Assembly (NCBI GenBank): GCA_040772485.1
Contig: JAXGYC010000007.1
Span: forward strand, 32,001 to 96,000
DNA: 64,000 nt
Source of the DNA: Sedimentisphaerales bacterium
GTDB lineage: Bacteria > Planctomycetota > Phycisphaerae > Sedimentisphaerales > Anaerobacaceae
Direction: 5' to 3'
Shown: positions 58,734-64,000 of the stretch, in pieces
How the letters are laid out: every line of letters starts with the position of its first letter
Position numbering within the stretch: the first letter of the stretch is position 1
Translations under genes and position numbers: made by a program
Notes under the pieces: model-generated
Databases searched by the model: none
The model's input: only the letters and a program-made list of their open reading frames with translations
Told to the model about the DNA's origin: nothing

Positions 58734-60041
58734 TCAGGCGTTCGGCCGGCCGACGCAGTGGTATTCGATGCCGGCCGAGCGCACGTACGCCGAATCGTAG
58801 AGGTTGCGCCCGTCGAAGATCACCGGACGGGACAGCTTCCTGGCGATGAATTCGAAGTCCGGATTGCGAAACTGCTGCCAGTCCGTCAGGATCACCAGTC
58901 CCTGCGCCCCCTCCAGGGCTTCGTAGTAGTCCTGGCAGAACATGACGGCCTCGCCGAGGAGCTGCCGCGCCGGACCCATGGCCTCTGGATCGTGGGCCTG
59001 CACCTGCATGCCGGCCTTGAGGAATTCCTCGACGCAGAAGATCGCCGGCGACTCGCGGACGTCGTCCGTTCGCGCCTTGAACGCCAGTCCCCACACGGCC
59101 AGCGTGGTCTGGGTCTCTCTGCCGGCGTAGTAGTCGAGCACCTTCTGCGCGAAGCGCCTCTGCTGCTCGGCGTTCACCTGCCGGACCGCCTGGATGATGT
59201 TCATCGGCACGCCGTGCTCCTGGCCTGTGTGGATCAGGGCGCGGACGTCCTTGGGAAAACAACTGCCCCCGAAGCCGGCGCCGGCGAACAGGAAGGCGTT
59301 GCCGATCCGCGCGTCGCTGCCGATGCCGGCGCGCACCAACTCGATATCGGCGCCGACCGCCTCGCACAGCGCGCTCAGTTCGTTCATGAACGAAATCCGG
59401 GTCGCCAGCATGCAGTTGGCGGCGTACTTGGTCAGCTCCGCGCTGGCCGGGTCCATGAAGATGATCCGCTCCTTGCGGCGCATGAACGGCGCGTACAGGT
59501 GCCGCATGATCTCCCGCACCTTGGGGTCCCGGGCGCCGACGATGATCCGCTCGGGCTTCATGAAGTCGTCGATCGCGGAGCCTTCCTTGAGGAACTCCGG
59601 ATTGCTGACGTAATCGAACGGTTGGCGCGTCCGGGCGGCGACCCGCTCGCTGATCTTCGCGTGCGTGCCCACCGGGACGGTGCTCTTGCCGACGAGGATG
59701 CGGTATCCGTCCATGTGCTCGGCGATGCCCTCGGCGACCTTGAACACCGCCGACAGGTCCGCCGAACCGTCCTGGCCGCTGGGCGTTCCCACGGCGATGA
59801 ACAGCAGCAGCGACTTCTCGACCGCTTCTTTCAGCGACGTGGTGAATTGCAGCCGGCCGGTGGTCCGTGTGCGGCTGACGATCTCCGCCAGGCCCGGCTC
59901 ATAGATCGGGATGATGCCCTCGCGGAGCTGGCGGATCTTCTCCTCGTTGCTGTCGACGCAGATCACGTCCGTGCCCGAATCGGCCAGACACGCGGCCGTC
60001 ACCAATCCGACGTAACCGACACCCACCACACCCACTCTCAT
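58734..60041 (-). CDS. ugd: UDP-glucose 6-dehydrogenase
   Basis: GVGYVG, SNPEFLKEG, GFGGSCFPKD, GLAFK..TDD.RESP. Confidence 0.95.
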   Translation of the reverse strand: MRVGVVGVGYVGLVTAACLADSGTDVICVDSNEEKIRQLREGIIPIYEPGLAEIVSRTRTTGRLQFTTSLKEAVEKSLLLFIAVGTPSGQDGSADLSAVFKVAEGIAEHMDGYRILVGKSTVPVGTHAKISERVAARTRQPFDYVSNPEFLKEGSAIDDFMKPERIIVGARDPKVREIMRHLYAPFMRRKERIIFMDPASAELTKYAANCMLATRISFMNELSALCEAVGADIELVRAGIGSDARIGNAFLFAGAGFGGSCFPKDVRALIHTGQEHGVPMNIIQAVRQVNAEQQRRFAQKVLDYYAGRETQTTLAVWGLAFKARTDDVRESPAIFCVEEFLKAGMQVQAHDPEAMGPARQLLGEAVMFCQDYYEALEGAQGLVILTDWQQFRNPDFEFIARKLSRPVIFDGRNLYDSAYVRSAGIEYHCVGRPNA

Positions 60042-60100
60042 GAGAATGTCACCTCCACTCTGTTTTCTGGACGCCCGGAAGCTCCATCTCTTGGGACGCT

Positions 60101-62209
60101 TCAGCGAGAATCACTGCTATCGTCTGACTTGCCTTCAAGGCAGTAAAGACACTCCGTGGTACGCACGAACAAATGGTCTCCTCCGGGAGCCATAGACGCA
60201 TACACCGATCCCTCCAGGTCGTTGGTGGCAAGCAACCGATATTTTCGGTCAACCGCCACCATGGTGGTGCGTCCGGCTTCATTCGTCAGAAGCACCTTGT
60301 CGCCTGCCGCGATCGCGGATGCGTAGAATCTGCCCTTCAGACGTTCGCTCCACTGCACCTGGCCCGTTTGAGCGTCCAGGCATATGACACTGCCGATTTC
60401 CGTCACGAGGAAGAGCAGCCCCTTGACGACGACTGGCGCGGAACTCTTCTCCCCCGCCACCGGCGTTGACCAGACAACCGGATCGCTGTCGGTGCCCAGT
60501 TTGGAGAGATCCAGGGCAATGAGGTTTGTTGCTCCCGTTATATACAGACGCTCGTCGTCGCAGACGGGGCTTGCCACGAGATGCTGCGCCTCATGGGTGA
60601 CAGGATAAGTCCACAATTCGGTCCCCGTTATCAAATCGTAGGCCCGGACGTCGAACCACCCATGGACAATGACCACCGGCTCGCCGGCGCAGAGTCGTAC
60701 CAACGGTGTGCTGTAGCCGTCGAACGATTTGTGCGATTTGCGCTCCTGTCGCCACAGGCGCCTGCCCGACAGAGCATCGTAGGCGGTGATGGACGATGGG
60801 ATTTGACTGGAGGTTTCTACGTCGCGGACCACGACCAGGACATTGTCCTTCAGCACGGGGGATGTCGCCACGCCAAATCGGCTGGCAGGCATCGCTTCGG
60901 CGTTCTTCCACAGGAGTTGGCCCGCAGTATCAACACACATCAGACCATCAGCGCCAAAGTAGGCATATATGCGCTGGCCATCCGTGACGGGTGTGGGCGT
61001 GGCATTCGTGACTGTCCGGCTTCGAGCGTGTGTCCGTCCCTCCAATCCCTCGCAGGTCCAAAGGATTCTGCCACCTTGCCGATCGAGGCAAACCACTGCC
61101 CGAACGAATTCCCTCCGGCCTTCGCCCAGCATGGCGTGGATGGCAAACAGGATTCCCATAGACAGGACGACTGCGGGGAAGGCTGTGTGCCGGCGAGATT
61201 GGTTGCGCCTATGGCAGGCGAACCTCCCGTAGCTGAAAACAGAGCCTGCAACGAGCAGCACGCAGCCCGCAGCGATCCACCCGTTGCTGATGTCGGCCGC
61301 AACACGATCGTTCCACACGTGGCGATCGGGCATCTGGTAGCCGGCCGCACGGTACAAGATCAGAAAACACAGAACCAGCGTGGTCATGTACCCGGCAGCA
61401 GCGGCGATCACATAGTACCACAAGACGACGCGATTGGGGCCGGACTCATTCTGGTTTGGCCATCCCACTGACGGTCTTGCACATCCAATGCGATGGGCCA
61501 CAAGAGCGACGGCTCCGAGAACAAGCGGCAGAAGGCACACCCCGGTGGCCACGACCCCTTGCATGGAGCCAAGGGCAAACAGCAATTTCCGGTCCGGGAG
61601 AATGAGCAATGCTACGGCCGCAAGGACGAAGGAGAAGATGCCTGCGACGAATTGCTGCCGCGCTCGGACGGATGTGACCAGCGAGGTCAGAGTCAAACAC
61701 AACAGCACGACCAGGATGGAGAGCGCCCAGTCGCGCAGGTTCTCATCGTCTGGATTGAGCAGCCGTGGTCCGTAGAGAACGACAACGAGGATGCCGAGAA
61801 GGAGCAGGTGAAACAGGAAGAATCTGGCGCACTGCACCACGGCGTCTTTTCTACTCCGATTTGGATGCACCGTCCGCAGGGCGGCCCCGACCCCCATCAC
61901 ACCGCAGGACACCGCCAGAGCAAGAAGAGCATACGCCAGAGTGTTTCGCACGGACGAGTCAGAAACACGCGGATAACCGGTGGTCACATAGACAGCGTCG
62001 GCGGCGAGAATGGGCGACGAATGGCCACGCCCCGGGATGACGGTCTTCCAGGCCACGTTCTGCGACGGGGACCAAGTTAACGGCACGGTTGCCGCATCGC
62101 TGCGGCCGTCCTTCTCGAGTCCGCGAAATCCGCACCAGTCAGATGCGACGACGGGGCAGGCCGCCGCCGATGCGATAACCGCAATGAAGAACCTCGTCCA
62201 GATCACCAC
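60101..62209 (-). CDS. PQQ-like beta-propeller protein with a multi-TM insertion
   Basis: W.GFRG, WKTVIPGRGHSSP, ATPTPVTDG, ATSPVL, YASMA. Confidence 0.82.
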   Translation of the reverse strand: MVIWTRFFIAVIASAAACPVVASDWCGFRGLEKDGRSDAATVPLTWSPSQNVAWKTVIPGRGHSSPILAADAVYVTTGYPRVSDSSVRNTLAYALLALAVSCGVMGVGAALRTVHPNRSRKDAVVQCARFFLFHLLLLGILVVVLYGPRLLNPDDENLRDWALSILVVLLCLTLTSLVTSVRARQQFVAGIFSFVLAAVALLILPDRKLLFALGSMQGVVATGVCLLPLVLGAVALVAHRIGCARPSVGWPNQNESGPNRVVLWYYVIAAAAGYMTTLVLCFLILYRAAGYQMPDRHVWNDRVAADISNGWIAAGCVLLVAGSVFSYGRFACHRRNQSRRHTAFPAVVLSMGILFAIHAMLGEGRREFVRAVVCLDRQGGRILWTCEGLEGRTHARSRTVTNATPTPVTDGQRIYAYFGADGLMCVDTAGQLLWKNAEAMPASRFGVATSPVLKDNVLVVVRDVETSSQIPSSITAYDALSGRRLWRQERKSHKSFDGYSTPLVRLCAGEPVVIVHGWFDVRAYDLITGTELWTYPVTHEAQHLVASPVCDDERLYITGATNLIALDLSKLGTDSDPVVWSTPVAGEKSSAPVVVKGLLFLVTEIGSVICLDAQTGQVQWSERLKGRFYASAIAAGDKVLLTNEAGRTTMVAVDRKYRLLATNDLEGSVYASMAPGGDHLFVRTTECLYCLEGKSDDSSDSR

Positions 62210-62459
62210 ATGCCCCTGTCCAATCCGTCAACTGCCCCGAGTTGGATATGCCCGATAATGCACGGGTGCAAACCGGCTTCAATACCAGTCTATCGTCCTG
62301 GCAACGCCGGAGATTGAGCCTTTCTCCGATCCAATGGCTTGTCCCGGACCTGTGCGACCGCAATGGCAGCAGAAATCCCATTCACGTCCTAAAATCGTGG
62401 TGCAGGCTATTGCAACCCGATGACGCATCGCGAGCGAAGCGAATCCCCCTGTGGCGCTC

Positions 62460-63096
62460 CTGGCGATGCCGGCGTTCTCAGTAGCCCGCAATCAGCACAT
62501 CGTGAGTATCGTAAACGGTCGCCTAGACGCCGGCCTCGTCGCTTGAGGTCCGTCGATTTGTTGAAGGCCCTGGCGCGATTGATCGGCGCGGCGAAATCCA
62601 CCACCACTCGGTACATCGGGGAATCCTCGATGAGACCCGGCAGGATGTGGGGGTGGTTCTGCGCTGGTGTCGTCTGCCGGGGCGCCTTGTAGCCGAGTAG
62701 ACGAACGCGCAGCGTGCGGTTGGCCGGATCGTCGGTGACAACGGTCTGCACAGCGGTCGAGGTCATAATCCGCACTTGCGGAGTCGGATTCAGGAATCGG
62801 ACCGCATTGGCGAGCAACCGGCGAGCTTCAAAGATGTGATGCTCGCTGGCCGTGGCATAGTCCGGCGAGCAGGCGAAGGTCAGCACCTTGCCTTTGCCGA
62901 TCTCGTTCAAGAAAATGGCGGGGCCTATCAGCGCGTCAGCACTCATAGGCCAGTCGGTGCCTTCCTTGCCTTCGCGCTGGCGCGTGGTGCGGAGCGGCTC
63001 CAAGAGTCTGCCGGTCGGTTGGGCCGACGTGGCCCCCATCGCCGCAGCGGGTCCTTTGACAAGGAATGGCCATCGAGAGCAGAGGGTTGTCTGCAA
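62460..63096 (-). pseudogene. C-terminal fragment of a putative glycoside-hydrolase-associated protein
   Basis: PAIFLNEIGKGKVL..RRLLANAVRFL..VRI..VQTVV (trimerisation/GATase-like); no proper start, frayed 3' end. Confidence 0.45.
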
Positions 63097-63217
63097 GAAG
63101 CTGGTTCGGCAGAGTGATTGCCCCCATGCGTACGGCTACTCAACCTCCAGCGCTAAGACCATGTGCTTCATCTTCCCCCTGCATGCTCCGATGATGGCAG
63201 ACAACGGTGCCGACAGT

Positions 63218-64000
63218 TCATTTGTAAGTCGTTTTACCCGAGGTGCTCAGGCGTCGCAACGCGATCGCTTCCAGATACTCCTCATCCTCGTTGGTCAGAA
63301 CGGCATCCACGACAATGGGCGCCTCCGGAACCAAGGCGATCCACTCGGCCATTTTGGCGGTATCACGGAAAGGATGCAGCGGCGCATGGGCGTCCCACAG
63401 CTTTCCGGCCAAGTCCACTTGCGGCGCCGCCAGCAGCCACAGTCCAAGCCATTCCTTAAGAACCTCAACCCCCTCCGGAGACTTCTCCATGCGAGACAGC
63501 AACGCCGTGCTGGCAGCCAGACGAAGATTGTCGGCGCCGACCTTCCCGATCAGGACATCCGCATCTCTCAGGGTCCACGGGGGCTTGCCGAAGGCCATCC
63601 GCAGATGCAGTGTAATGCCCAGCGCGCCGGCCTCTGTGGCCAAGCGGCGAAGTGTCTGCTCAAAACCTTCCTGCGTCTGTTCGCCCGTGAAGTTGTTTTC
63701 CGGATGGCGGTGCAGCGAAAGAATCAAGTCGTGTGCTCCGAGGATGTGCATCTTGGCCATGACATCGGCCAAGGCCGCCATGCTCTGGCGGTAGTCGGCC
63801 TCGATGTTGTCTACCAGGCGGAGTGTAGGATACAGATTCAGTCCGGAACCGGCATCCGCGATCACACGTAAGCCCTGCCGGTTGATCCAGCCCGCTTCCC
63901 GCTTCAGGCTCGTTCTCTCTCGATCGTGCAGGTAACGCCAGTCGAGGACGACGCCGTCGAAGTGCTCGAAGAATGTCGGGCGGGCCAGGATTTCCTCTTT
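63218..64000 (-). CDS. Hypothetical protein with TIM-barrel-like C-terminus (5' end off the window)
   Basis: Frame stays open to 64000: KEEILARPTFFEHFDGVVLDWRYL... Confidence 0.7.
   Translation of the reverse strand, partial: KEEILARPTFFEHFDGVVLDWRYLHDRERTSLKREAGWINRQGLRVIADAGSGLNLYPTLRLVDNIEADYRQSMAALADVMAKMHILGAHDLILSLHRHPENNFTGEQTQEGFEQTLRRLATEAGALGITLHLRMAFGKPPWTLRDADVLIGKVGADNLRLAASTALLSRMEKSPEGVEVLKEWLGLWLLAAPQVDLAGKLWDAHAPLHPFRDTAKMAEWIALVPEAPIVVDAVLTNEDEEYLEAIALRRLSTSGKTTYK

Overview
High-GC bacterial chromosome segment. Gene content suggests Planctomycetota, probably Phycisphaerae (inference only): DUF1080 proteins, a PQQ beta-propeller, a long ACP with a FabZ/FabF cluster, and an SPFH-P1B-ATPase operon. 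From left to right it holds: (1) an HflK/HflC-like SPFH trio co-transcribed with a heavy-metal P1B-ATPase and an ABC ATPase, plus a divergent ABC permease; (2) short argA; (3) a FabZ-ACP-FabZ-KS*-KS cluster whose first KS lacks the catalytic Cys; (4) serS; (5) a 12-gene type II secretion operon; (6) a small basic HEAT-like gene flanked by two promoter-led, hairpin-rich non-coding stretches, one about 950 nt (large ncRNA candidate); (7) an OM beta-barrel and a NodIJ-like ABC exporter; (8) a decaying hotspot (33-40 kb) with duplicated toxin-antitoxin remnants bracketing cargo genes, an RHS fragment, a near-perfect 514-bp intragenic duplication, an IS110 remnant and REP-like palindromes; (9) lysozyme-like, parA and two CBS genes; (10) a 13-kb four-gene operon encoding a TPR protein, a giant secreted vWA protein, a tubulin/FtsZ-like GTPase and a degenerate membrane-embedded tubulin-like paralog; (11) ugd and a lower-GC right end. 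The strongest candidates for an undescribed system are the tubulin-vWA operon and the large ncRNA. No database searches were run; all calls rest on motifs read from the sequence.
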